Made by a program: the position numbers and the translations under genes
The notes under the pieces: generated by a model
What the model was told of the DNA's origin: nothing
Databases searched by the model: none
What the model saw: the letters and a program-made list of their open reading frames with translations, nothing else
Origin: Tubulanus polymorphus
Taxonomy: Eukaryota; Animalia; Nemertea
Reading direction: 5' to 3'
Assembly (NCBI RefSeq): GCF_964204645.1
Contig: NC_134031.1
Span: 11,348,088 to 11,412,087, forward strand
Length of the DNA: 64,000 nt
In this document: piece after piece, positions 24,789 through 36,999 of the stretch
Layout of the letters: every line of letters starts with the position of its first letter
How positions within the stretch are numbered: the first letter of the stretch is position 1

Positions 24789-26672
24789 ACTACCATCATA
24801 ATATTCATTTCCTCTTGTAGAATTGGAGTTACCCAATCATTTGTTCTCGCCACCAGGGAGGAGTAAAGTATTGAGACATTTACAATTAGTCAATTTGTAT
24901 TGGCACCCTGGCATATTTTGTAACAACAATAATGGCAAAATTGTAACACTTTGAATGCATAATACTTCAGTCCCAATGTTTGTGCAGGCACGCTGAACAC
25001 AGGGCAGTGTGTGATATTTAAATGGTGGCCAAAATAAAGTGTGCCGGGCTCATGTGAACCGCTGTTGTTTCCGATAATTTCTTGTTTCTACTACAAAGTT
25101 GGTCCTTCAAACCCCAAGAAACATGTCGGTGGCAGCCCTATGGAATAAGTAAGGAGGGTATAGGGTGGTGATATCATGAATCATATACTACCATCGAAAA
25201 AGGCCATAGGCCTATGTACAGATAGCCTCATTAGTTTAGTAACTTAATGTGCAACTTAATTTGTGACATAAGTACTTGAAGTACCTCTCTTAAACTGTTC
25301 TTTATGAGGGTGCCACTATACAAAATAAAGATTTGTCTAAAAGATTCTATAAAAAACAGTTTTCTCTTGTTGCTGTTGAAAATGCTAGTGCTCACTGTGT
25401 CCATTTCTATGTGCTTTTAAGTTTCCTTTATTGTTCTGTGGTGTGGATGGCAAAGTTATGGATGTAGATTCAGGCTCCTCGGCTGAGGAGCCGCTTGTTT
25501 TGTTTCACTTGCGTTATTGTCAATCCATTCATCATCTGATGTCTGGTTATCTGACGTTATTGCTACCTTCCTCATCTCAGACTTATGTTGATTATATGAC
25601 ATGATTTTTGGGTCACTAGGGGGTCATTTATGTGAAACCTTGTGAATCCGAGTAAAAAAGACCATTCATAGCAGGACAATGCTATATCATAGTTTGATTA
25701 CCCCTAGGGAGAGGATGTGCCCTAGGGCGTACTCTTTTATGACCTCCGAAGTCTCTGTCCGAAATCTCCAGTTGGCTCCACAAAAAATCCGAATCACACC
25801 ACCTCGACAGAAAGGAAGTTTTGGACTCTCCAAAAAGTCACATGACCAAAAATAGAGTACGATCGGAGGCAAACGGATTCTCCAATCTGATAAATAGTGC
25901 ACACCCCTATTGTTTTGGGTTCCAAAGGTCAAGGTCAGTAGATGTCATTAGCGCGTAAATGCGATTAAAGAAGAACCATTGATGGCAGGACATAAATCCG
26001 CCATTTTGTTTCCGAATTTTGTGGTCTTCCCAATTCGCACAAATCTGTTAAAATATTTAGGGCAGTTTCTTCCTCCACCCCCCAAGAGAAGCAGAGAGTC
26101 CGCCGTAGTAAGCGAGTGCTCGCCGGCCAAAAACTGAAAGTAGCAGCGACTGAGATTTTTTCTTGTTCAACGTGCGATTGTTTGTATCTATACTAACAAA
26201 GTTGAAATGGGAGGAGTTAGAACAACTGGCAAATGATAGACAAGGGTGGCGGGGCTATATGCTAGGGGAGAGTCGCCATGTACCAAGTATGGGACACCTA
26301 GTCCACGCAGCGATTGATTTTTTTGTGTCCACATGTTGAATGTACTGTATAGTATTGTGTATACATTGAATGCTGCGTGCCTGTAGTAGACTGCTGTGTA
26401 TCGATTATTGGCACGCTACCACAGCAGCGAGACTTACATAGATTACTGTACAATGAATACTCGCGGTTTTGTTTCTCTTTTGATTTTTAACATTAGTTAA
26501 TTTTGAAACATTTCTAAACTATAAGAAACTATTTTATCACTATCCTAAATTCCAATAGTTATATTAGAGTAGCCTAACTTAAATTAATATTCCATTTCAT
26601 CATGGCGACCTTGAACTGTAATCTTAACATTCTCAGTTTACGTAAAATGATATTGAAAGTGTAGCCATGTAT

Positions 26673-26857
26673 ATAGCCGTTATAGCCGGTGGACTTACTA
26701 GTGCTCTACAACCCCTAGATGTTTGTTTGAACAAGCCGTTCAAAGATGCAATCAGAAAGCAGTGGAATAAATGGATGATGGAGGGTGAAAAATCATAAAC
26801 CAAACGAGGCAATATGCGTGCACCCTCCTTACCGGTCATGTGTAAATGCGTCGTTGC
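26673..26857 (+). pseudogene. pogo/Tigger DDE transposase fragment
   Basis: Own translation: IAVIAGGLTSALQPLDVCLNKPFKDAIRKQWNKWMMEGEKS*TKRGNMRAPS, containing the pogo QPLD motif and one stop. Confidence 0.85.
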
Positions 26858-27386
26858 CATAATAATAATAATACTGTTTGTCATAATAACAGCCAATTAT
26901 TAATTTGATATCATGTATCAAAATATATCAAAAGTTATAAAATAAAATGTACGAAATTGATTGAAAAAGTTTTATTTTTATTTTCATGAAGTTGACATCT
27001 GGTCTGCAACTCACTTGAACTCCGGTAGATGGCAGAAGCAATCGGTAGTCAATACTTCTAGTATTCTTCGGATCTTCGTTTTCATTTACCTAGACCTACT
27101 ATCAGACCCCGTAATTAGGTCCTTACTTCCAGTAATACATATATTGGATTGAATTGGTCGACAGCAGTAGAAAATTTTTATGACTCGAAAAGAATAACTC
27201 ATGTAGAAGTAGACCCCGAAAAATCAACTTGATTTTTTAGAAATTCGACTATTACGCGAGAATATACCTTAACACATATATGAAAATATGTTGAAAATTG
27301 AGTTATGCCTTTGATAAAAAAAATTCATCCTGGATTCTTTTATTGTGGCTACAATATGATTGATTTATTTTTGAATTTACTTGTAG

Positions 27387-27583
27387 GAGAATGATATCAT
27401 GCTGCAGGTAGAGTTGGCCTACCTAGATGGAAAGGAAGAATTCAAATTCACAGATGGTGAGAACAATGCTGTGTTGTTAAAATTGCAAGAAATGAAAGCT
27501 ATAGATAGCTTCACTGGGGAAGAACTACTGCTGCAACGCAGGCCTACATTTGTGGATGAAGAAATCAAAGAAAAAAGAATACG
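27387..27583 (+). CDS. Candidate host exon, C-terminal half of a WWE-like domain (PARP12/TIPARP-like)
   Basis: Open 197-nt exon between ttgtag| and |gtaagt. Pattern VELAY...M....TG....L.RRPTFV resembles the WWE end of PARP11/12. No other exons of this gene recognised. Confidence 0.5.
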
Positions 27584-27657
27584 GTAAGTCCTAAGTCATA
27601 AGTGAGTCATAAATGATGCAGTGGCCAAAATTATCAATTGACACCGCTACCAATTAA

Positions 27658-28901
27658 TAGGGATGAAAATTTTCCGCGGATCAGCGGATTTCCGCGGTCA
27701 ATGACTCATTTTTAGGCCAGCCATAGGCTGAGCCTATTACTGTACAAATGGAGCGAATTTAAATGACATGGTTTCCAGAGCAAAGGCTCTTTCACTATGC
27801 AACTGAGCATATATTTATACAAATCATTCATTAAAGCATTATCCATTCTCCAAACTCTTTTTCGCGAATATCTGATCGCAAAAATGTTGGTTTTGAAAAG
27901 CCAATCAGAAAGCAAAGACTCCTCTATGATTGGCTTAGCCCCAGAAATCAGCAGGTGTTCACGTGAACCCGCAGTATCGTCTACCGTTTTACTTCCGGGT
28001 TTTATTTTAAGATCTAAAATTGTATTTAAAGATCGATTTCTGTGGAAGCTTTAGTTGATTTGGCTTTTGGGAGGAATATTTTTATTAGCACTACAGAAAA
28101 TATCATTGACCATTGTGCAAAGTCCGGGAAAAATTGCTTTTTCTTAAATCGGATAGATGACCTTGATATGCTAATTAGCCATGTGCTCAAACTACAAATT
28201 CAATCAAATTTTACTCCGCCGAAAAAAATTAAATCCAATTCAATTTTACTTTATTGAACAAATTAAAACATCCAATCCAATTCAATTTTGTTTTATTGAG
28301 CAAATTTCAGAAAATTCAATTCTATTCCCCATTAAAATCAATAAGACCATGGGAAAAGATTTATCTGAGGTATTTGTTTCCGCCAGATCCAGTCGCTGTC
28401 TTGTGCTACTTTTGTATTCTACGATTGTATTGTGTAAATCATTAGGTATTGACTCTGAGCTGGGAGTGTATTTTGACAAATTTAACCGACAGAATGCATC
28501 ATCATTTGCCATTTTATGAAAAGCTGAGTATATAGTGCCCCGTGGGGCTCTTGTTATCATTCTTGAGATCAGTGCAAATCCGTTGAGAAATGTGGGGGGA
28601 ACGGGGTTGTTGTCGGCGTAATATCTCTGACACTCCCTCTGAATCAGGCATCGTTGGCGATAACATAGGCCTACTAAACGGTAAAAGCGTTCTATTTTTA
28701 TAATGCTACGATCTCCGATCAGAATGTGTGCGTGTGTGTATAAATACATGTAAAAAATACATGCATACATAGTTTTCTACTTCGGTTTTTTTAATCCAGG
28801 TGATCACATTATATATCTAGCTCATTGCGTAGAAATTTAATTGCACTTGGGTATTTCAGAACCTGCACAAGAGTGCATTAAAGAGTTACAGTCAACTGTA
28901 A
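27658..28901 (+). mobile_element. Deleted copy of the 37000-40677 hAT, interrupted by HINE family 2
   Basis: TAGGGATGAAAA terminus; 28555-28740 matches 37046-37225; 28773-28901 matches transposase sequence at 38744-38872. Confidence 0.8.
27709..28555 (+). mobile_element. HINE family 2, complete short copy
   Basis: TTTTTAGGCCAGCC-ata-GGCTG head; GCCCC-gt-GGGGC-tcttgtt tail. Empty site is the T-run at ~37041-37047. Confidence 0.8.
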
Positions 28902-29339
28902 ATGGACTGTACTGTTCTGTACATGGAGATATTGATCGTACAGCGCGCGCGCTGATCTAGTCTAACACTTCGCGCGCGATATTTAGCGCTATTGCCGAGA
29001 GACTCGGGAGTGCTCCGGACACAACTACGCAGTGAACTATAGAACTTTTGGAATTCGGATAAGGCTGGATCATTCTTTGCAGTTTCAGATGGTCGCTACT
29101 CTTTACCGTAAAAACCAGCGTAAATTAATTGGCCAGCTGAGATTTCCGCCCCGTTTATATCACTCGAATTTGATGGTAATCGTCACGATTTGACCCACTC
29201 TTGTCTCGATAAAGCAAACGTCGTCTTGCGAAACTTGTCATCCAAATACCATACGCGTATCGACCCTGGTCAATTTCTTCCCAATTTCCCGCGCCACTGC
29301 GACCGTGACAATCTCCAGTTGTAACTTCCGACATGTTGT

Positions 29340-32300
29340 TCAACATAATAAAAAATCTTGAAACAAAAAAGGCATGGGCCACGACTGTATTTCTAATAAA
29401 ATGCTCAAACTATGTGCCGTCAGCTTGGCCCCTGTACTCTCTTTATTGTTCCACAAGATTCTTAATGGCGGTGTTTTTCCGGATAGTTAGAAACTCGGTA
29501 CTGTAACCTTAATCTATTACAAGAAGGAGTGTAAATCCGATCCGAACAATTACAGACCCATTACTCTCCTTATGTCTTTTTTTTAAGTTTTTGAACGCGT
29601 TGTGTATGATCAACTATACAGTCACCTTTAAACCAACAATTTGATCTACCCAAACCAAGCGGGATTTCTTAAAGGTCATTCAACTACCGTTCAACTGGTT
29701 GCTATTACTTTCTATATTTATGAACAATTCAACGAAAACAACCACATGAGATCTATATTTTTGGACATTTCTGCTGCGTTTGACAGCCTTCCGCATTATT
29801 TACTTGAAAGGCTGAATCCAAGAACATGTCTATCGTACTTTTGAGCCCAAACGTCTACTTTTACTTAGTAGCCACTTGAGAACAATAAGCAATTAACGAT
29901 ATCAGCTACTTTTCCAGTAGTATACATTTCAAAACAGTCACTCTGAAATAATATTCTTTTCAATTCGGTTGGTTTTCTATAGTAACTGTTTCGAAGAGTC
30001 TACTACTGAAAAGTGACCATTTTAAAACATCTGGTTTCGATAGTGCACACTAGCAGTAGAGATGACTGTAAAACCACCCGCCTGTTAACAGTGACTTTGT
30101 GATAGTAACTCCTACCATAGCAGCTACTCTCAAAACACATCGTTTCTAAAAGTCAACTATTGAAAAGTGACCATTTTGAGATCGCTTGCCAGATTCCATG
30201 TTATAAATACACTGTAGCAACATATGCTTCAAATTTGCAGTGATACGTGACAATATAAACGGTGTTGTCATATCGCGGAAAGACGGAATCGCGGAATTTT
30301 CCAAAAACGCAGAATTTCTTCATTTTTACTTTAAATAGAAAACAGGTTTTCGCACGGGGATACCCACTGTCGGACAGGGCACCGGACTGATCGATGCAAC
30401 GAGTTAGGTTCGAGTCCCATTATTTGCAGGCAATTTTATATGGAATTATTATATTACGATACCGTTGACTGGCTGCCACCTGTAGAAGAAGTCAGAATCA
30501 AGTGGGGTGAAAGAGACCAGGCACCTAATGTCTATTTCTACTGGGCAAACTTCGGTTATCGAAGTTCATCTCCTTTTTGAGAACTTCAGAAACGAATATT
30601 ATCAGATAAATATTGAGCACGTTCGCGGTGTTGGACCGTAGTTGTAGATGGTTGCAAACATGAAATCCTATGACCAAACAAGTACCGGTTCAACTTCCTT
30701 CGTCAAAACCGGTACCAATAAGATTCTTTTGATCCAAATAATCAGCATAGGAACATATACGTTATAGCAGTCACAAAGAAAACATTAAGAAAAACGAAAC
30801 CATTTTATAATCTTTCATATCATTTAATTCTAAAAGATAAACCACATTCACTTATAACAACAATGTAGACACACAACACGCATGAACAATCCTAAGCCAG
30901 AATGAAATATACATAATGTCTATTTATTTTCGTCTAAAATCGATCCAGTTCCACAGTTGTGAGTTAACTCTGAGTGACTTAGAATCAATTCATTTCCAAT
31001 GTTTTAAATCCAGAGACCAGAGTCAAATCTTAACTCGGAACTGAGTCCTGGAGAATGACCCATGGTGTCATCACAAATCCTACGTTTACGTACCATCGAT
31101 TTGTATTCCTTCAGTTAATGCAGCGATACTCTGTATCACTGAATTCGCAAAGCACGTATTGCCTAGGTTCTACATTATTTGGAACAGTATCGTTTAAGTT
31201 GTTGACTGGCGATATAATAAATTATCAAATACTAATTCCCGGTGTTGAAAACCTGGGTCCGATGCCCTGTCCGACAGTGGGTATCCCCGTGGGAAAACCC
31301 ATTTACTATTTATAGTTAAAATGAAGAAATTCCGCGTTTTTGGAAAATTCCGCAATTCCGTCTTTCCGCGATATGACAACACCGCAATATAAACATACGG
31401 AAAACTCTACTCATGCTATAGTTTGGGGTATAGTTCCAACTCTTTGAGGATGTGAAATGTAATGAGGGATTCCCAACTTTAACCAATAAAAGTTGAGATT
31501 GGAATTAAATTTGTTTACAAATTGTCAATAGTTATGTAGTTTTAAGATAAATCGAAATTTCCTTCTTTCCATGAATTCAATTTGAACAAATGCAGCTATT
31601 TTCAAGCATAGGTCTGCATTTATTTTTGATTTAAATTCTTAGATTAAAAGCACAATCATGAATTCATGCTAACCTCTCATTATTGAAATGGTGGTTTATT
31701 TTCAACAGGGGCCTGGATGTCTTTGCATCATAAATTAAGATGTGCATTTTGGAGTGTTCGAATTTCCCTGAATTCTAATTTCGCAAAATCATTGATTTTT
31801 TTAAACAAAATATGCTTTATCCATGTGGATTTTAATAATTCTAAGAGAGCCCATATTTGATCGAATTTAATAGAAGAAACTTTGTATTTATACACAAGCT
31901 CTGTGCTTATGGAATAACTGGTAAAACTCGAGGACTTAATTAGCAGTTATTTATATAATCGACGTATATGAACTAAAGTAGAATTGACGTTATTGGACTA
32001 CTCAGCCAAGGGCTGTATTAATACTGGCGTGCCTCAGGGATCTTTGTTAGGACCACTTCTTTTCTTCTTTATATTGATCTGCCAGACAATTTGCAGTCGT
32101 CTGTATTCTTATTTGCCGACGATACGTCTATCCATACCCCACTTGATTGCGGCAATCCGGATAATGGTAATCGTATCATCCATTCTGATCTCGACAGAAT
32201 CAACCGGTGGTCTACTACTTTGCGTCTTTCATTTAACCCATCTAAGAAGGCCGATATAACCTTCTGCAAAAGAGGTACTCAAATCTACATCCCCCTTATG

Positions 32301-33500
32301 CTAGGCCATGAAAACATCCGCAGAAAGCGTCATCATAAACATCTCGGCTTCATCCTCGACGAAAACTTGTCATACAACCAACATGTTGAACATCTGGCGG
32401 GTAAAATTTTAAAAACTTATTAATCCTTTAAAACCGCTATCCAAACTTGTCACGTCATCTAAATAGAATGTACTTGTCATTTATAAGTCTGCACTTCGAC
32501 TATGGTGACATACTTTATAATAGCGCCAGTATTGCTGAACTCGTTAGCTTGGACCACATCCAATATAACGCCGCTATCATAGTCTCTGGCTGCATCCACA
32601 GATCTAACAAGCAAAAAGTTCCAGCCTGCTCAAACTGGAATAAACTGGAAACGCGTAGAGAGGAGCGATTAGAAATTTTTATGTACCGTGTCGCTAACGG
32701 TACCGCCCCGCCCTACGTAACATCAATTTTTGAATGCTATAAGTTAATTCAACCCCGGTTTATTCGAAATCCGCGTCCATTTACCATACCGGTGTTCAAT
32801 TCAGCTAAAGTACAAAAAAGTCGCTGTTTAAATTAATGTACGCATGGAACGAAATCGAACCAAATGTCAGAAATATCCCTACATTTTTGGCCTTCAAATC
32901 TACAGTAAAGAAATTCAACTTTCATACGGTTCCATCATACCGCCTCGGTAATGTCAGTCGCGAAAAGGAAATCCGCCTTACTAGGTTACGCGTTGATCTC
33001 TTGCTCAAGTCGCATCTGTCCAATCAAAACTTCCGCAACGTCGACAACCCTTCATGTAGTTACTGCAACCGTGCTGCCTCGACTAAACACTTTATGTTCC
33101 AATGCCAGCGTCCTGGCCACCAACTCAAAATCAACGCTCTCCTCTCAAACCTAGACATAGGTATACAGAATTACCTTAATTCTCTCACCCTTTCTAATAA
33201 AGTTAACTTTTTACTTAATGGTAATACTTGTACTTTCTGTTTAGATACTAATGTTGAAATGTTATGTCTAGTAGCTACCTTTATTCAGTCTAACTACAAA
33301 GCCTTCTCCTAATTTTGTAAATGCCAACCTGCACACTCCCCCTGCCCCCTTTTTTGGTATAATAATGTAACTTTATAGTTTATGTCTGTCATGTGGATTT
33401 TGTTTTCGTTCTTTTTGTAAATTTTGCCTTGAATGTGCATTCATGCGCGGTGGCAAATCATTTTGTAATGTATTTAATTTCATAACGGTAATAAACTTAT
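29340..33500 (+). mobile_element. 5'-truncated CR1/L2-group LINE (reverse transcriptase pseudogene) split by a 2.1-kb insertion (29806-31889)
   Basis: YRPITLL, NQAGFLKGHST, FLDISAAFDSLPHYLL|IHKLCAYGITGK, GVPQGSLLGPLLF, LFADDT, HKHLG, C-terminal CxxC..H...C, AATAAA near 33490. Multiple stops and frameshifts. Confidence 0.9.
30260..31384. mobile_element. MULE-type non-autonomous element with ~130-bp TIRs
   Basis: CGGTGTTGTCATATCGCGGAAAGACGG at both ends; perfect 9-bp TSD CAATATAAA (30251-30259 and 31385-31393). Confidence 0.85.
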
Positions 33501-35459
33501 ACTTACTAAAAATATCACTCAAATTTACTGTACGGGAGCTACAATCACAGTCGCAAGAAATATTGATGACAAAGCGAAGTTTAATTACATATTCCACAAA
33601 ACAAACTAGGCATTTTACTTAATAGAGTTTATTTTCTTTGAAAAAAAACATCATTTAAACACCGAAATAATATAAGTGCACTAGGTAGCGTGCATCCACT
33701 ATTTTCCACAGTGATAACATCACACGCAGTATACGCCCCAGACCCGTATTTTGAGCAACGCTGAGAACTAATCTTAAGTAATTAAAGATGGCATTAAGTG
33801 TGATCAATTGAACCCGTCATTTTTATGCCCTCACAATCGTTGGAGCCCGGCTATCTTGTATTTAGTTTGCTACACTGATGATTTTAATATTTTTAATACT
33901 TAGTGCTGCACGACGCGAGTTGATTGGCGTTAGCCATTTTATGTATCGATTACCTGTAGTAATAGATAACGCTTCCCATGGAGCAGATTAGTGTTTTTAC
34001 CATGTGCACACAGACATGCATCAACAAACCCACATTTGAATTGTCGAATGGTCATGCGAAGACATGGTGTCACATTTAAAAACGTTTTAAGCTTGGGCCT
34101 AAATTGCTTTACTATTAAAAGATATCAAATTATGAATGAAACTATTGAAAGCCACATTCAGTTGATGAACTTGATTTCAACAGTATCCGGCTGGCCTGGT
34201 TTAATATGTACTGCCCTGAAATTGGAAAAACTTCTATAGTAGCTCTTGATTTTGTTTGTCCCGAGTAGTTTATGCTAAAGTTTTAGTTGTTTTATGTCAT
34301 TGTCACACGGGATCAAAATTGTCAAGTCCAAAATTCCCATAATTAATCATGTGTAACTGTCGTTCTTCCGCTGGTGAATATTATTTTCCTGTTCCACTTG
34401 GTAAATCCAAAGACTAGCTATAGGCCCTCAGGATACAGCTAGCAGTTGGCCTTAAGGTTCAGTCTGTGAACAGCTTCGAAACACTCGTGTTAAATCATGG
34501 ATGTGAAGCTTTTACCCCATGAACTGCATGGTCATTGGCCTATGTCATGGGTTCTTGGTGATTGTGCTGAGAGCAGAGTGTATCCAGTGGTCGTGGTAAC
34601 TATTCTTACTGACGTTTTACCTTGATAGCATGGATTAAACATGCACCGCATCAACACAGTTATTTCCATTCACTTTTCAAGTTCTAAGTCAACACTGAAA
34701 CCCATCATGGAAAGTTTCTTTCTGGTTGGTGTCGATGGACAACTGAATATGCACTTTTTTAAAAATTATCTATTGGGTCTTGTAAATATGTGCCCTTTTC
34801 TAATTTTTTTAATCAATTCATATCAAGACATCAATTTTAGGCCTAGAGGGAGGGCAGGTTTTCTTCTTGTAGAAATTATTTTACCTATTTAATTTACATC
34901 AAAAAGACCAAACCTCTTCAGATTGGCAATGGTGTAATTGGCAATGGAGTAAATTGGCAATATTCGTATTATTTTTCTTCTCTGCTGTAGCTATTTCTTC
35001 AAGCCTTTGCTTTCGGGCAGGCATTTTTGCACGATTTAACAGCTGATGATAAAAAAAACCATTCAACATATTATTTTACGGGAAAGCGGAAGTATGTTTC
35101 GGACTGTCTCTGTGGATACAAACATTGCTCCGAAATCGCAGTTTTGCTAGTGGCGAAAGAATTTGAAAGTATATTTCCAGAAAAAATTTTTAAAAGGGCA
35201 GAAAATTTTCGCGATGGTAGCACGTGCCTACGGTGGTACCGTCTGCTAACTACGGTGCCACTATGCATGACTATAGTCAAAGCTCATAACGCCACGGGAC
35301 TGTCAATATTTGATGTGATAAATATACATCGAAGTGTGGTCGTTATTTCATTTCGTCCATCGTGGATCAAATAATGTGATTCGCTTTAGGAACCAGAAAG
35401 TGACCTGATCAGCGTAAATTCAAAGTGAGGGTTTCCAGGAAACCAATAATGAAGCCTAA

Positions 35460-35597
35460 GGCTAAAAAATGAATACCTTGTTTCTCCGCAGCGGCCAGGG
35501 CCTTTTTTAGGTCAAAGTAATGTACAGGGCGGATAGGCGGCTGGTCAGGTCAACATTTAAGCTCAGCATAGAGTGGAGAGACAAGGTATTTTTAGCA
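35460..35597. mobile_element. 138-bp Harbinger-type MITE
   Basis: GGCTAAAAA..ATACCTTGTTTCTCC inverted against GGAGAGACAAGGTATTTTTAGC; TAA on both sides. Confidence 0.6.
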
Positions 35598-35694
35598 TAA
35601 ACACTGCAGGACATGTTTTAAAGCACACTTTGATCTCTAACCCGTAATTTATTATTCGGTTCCTTCAAGTTGTATATGAGTATGGACAGATCAT

Positions 35695-35765
35695 TCTCCC
35701 CCGGTAGGGATTTGAACCTGATGATATCGCAAATCGGAATCCTGCCACACTAGACCGGCTCCATG
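35695..35765 (-). repeat. tRNA-derived SINE-head-like sequence
   Basis: Minus strand has an A-box-like GGAGCCGGTCTAGTGTGG and B-box GGTTCAAATCC; no complete cloverleaf. Confidence 0.4.
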
Positions 35766-36999
35766 AGTCCGTTACTGAAGCGAAAAATTACAGTTACGTT
35801 TCGTATTTCATTTCATAATTTAGCAGGACCCGCGAAAAAATGGCCATTTCGTTTCGTAGTTTAGCATTTTGTTACGTATTTCATTTTGTACTTTAGCATT
35901 TCGTAATTTTTTTTCAAATTTCGTTATTAGGGTTTTCTGAATTTCGTCAAAAACCCTCTTGTAATTCTGTTTATTATTCTTATTAACAAAATATCTTCCA
36001 CTTTTTTTCATCACATAAAATTCATCTTCTCTCGGATTCGACAACTAACAGCTACTTAACGGAATGTAGAATTCTGATAGAAATATAACAGACTTTCCCT
36101 TCGCGTAGATTCTATCAATGCACTCTGCACGCTATTTTAAACTTAAAATTACTTTCAGACAGCTAACACCGGCGGAAATATACTACGCCCATGATCAGCT
36201 ATCGGTATGTCCCTTCAGGTGTTCCGTACTTCTCCATACGGTATACCTGAATGCGCCAATGAAACAATAATACGTCCAAGGAATGCTCCGATATCGGGTC
36301 CAAGTCCAAGAGTTTACGAGGCCGGCATTCGCAAGTCCCACAGGTTTACAGGCATTCCTGTTATTCCGGTTATTTTATTCAAATATATTGCTGATCTGTT
36401 CATGTAAACAAAATCGCCTATAAATAAATTTTGAATTGATCAAATTTAAATCAAGGTCCTTGAGTCGCGGGTGGCTACTAGAATTACGTTCGACTACATT
36501 CAGAGAGAAAAGAAACAACAGAAAAGTATCAGGTGATTATCGGTAGCCTACTACCATGACTACTACGGAACACACAGACAGTTGACAAACAGACTAAAAT
36601 ATACTGGTTGGTCAGAGTTTGTTCGGTTGTGAGGAGTGTGGAAACTAAGAAACCTACCGGTATTAATTTGTCTATAGGCCTATTATAGTAGCCAATACCA
36701 TTTTAAGTACGAAGATGTTACCCAAACGTGATTGTACAGTGATCTCCACAGGTTAGCCGTACGTGAGGACTTTCCCTCTGCGTATGCGTCAATAATCTAC
36801 ATGTACGCGCATGCATCATAGAATAGGGATAGGGTAGGGTTAGGTGAAGATATATGTAAATTAATTTATCAACCCTGCAGTTGATAAATGTGGCTCAGTG
36901 GGTAAATCACTGGACTACCGTCGGATTTTTTTCATTTGGTTTCGAATCCCAATATTACGAGTCAGAATTCTACTGCATTGCGCATGCGTCAACATACTT

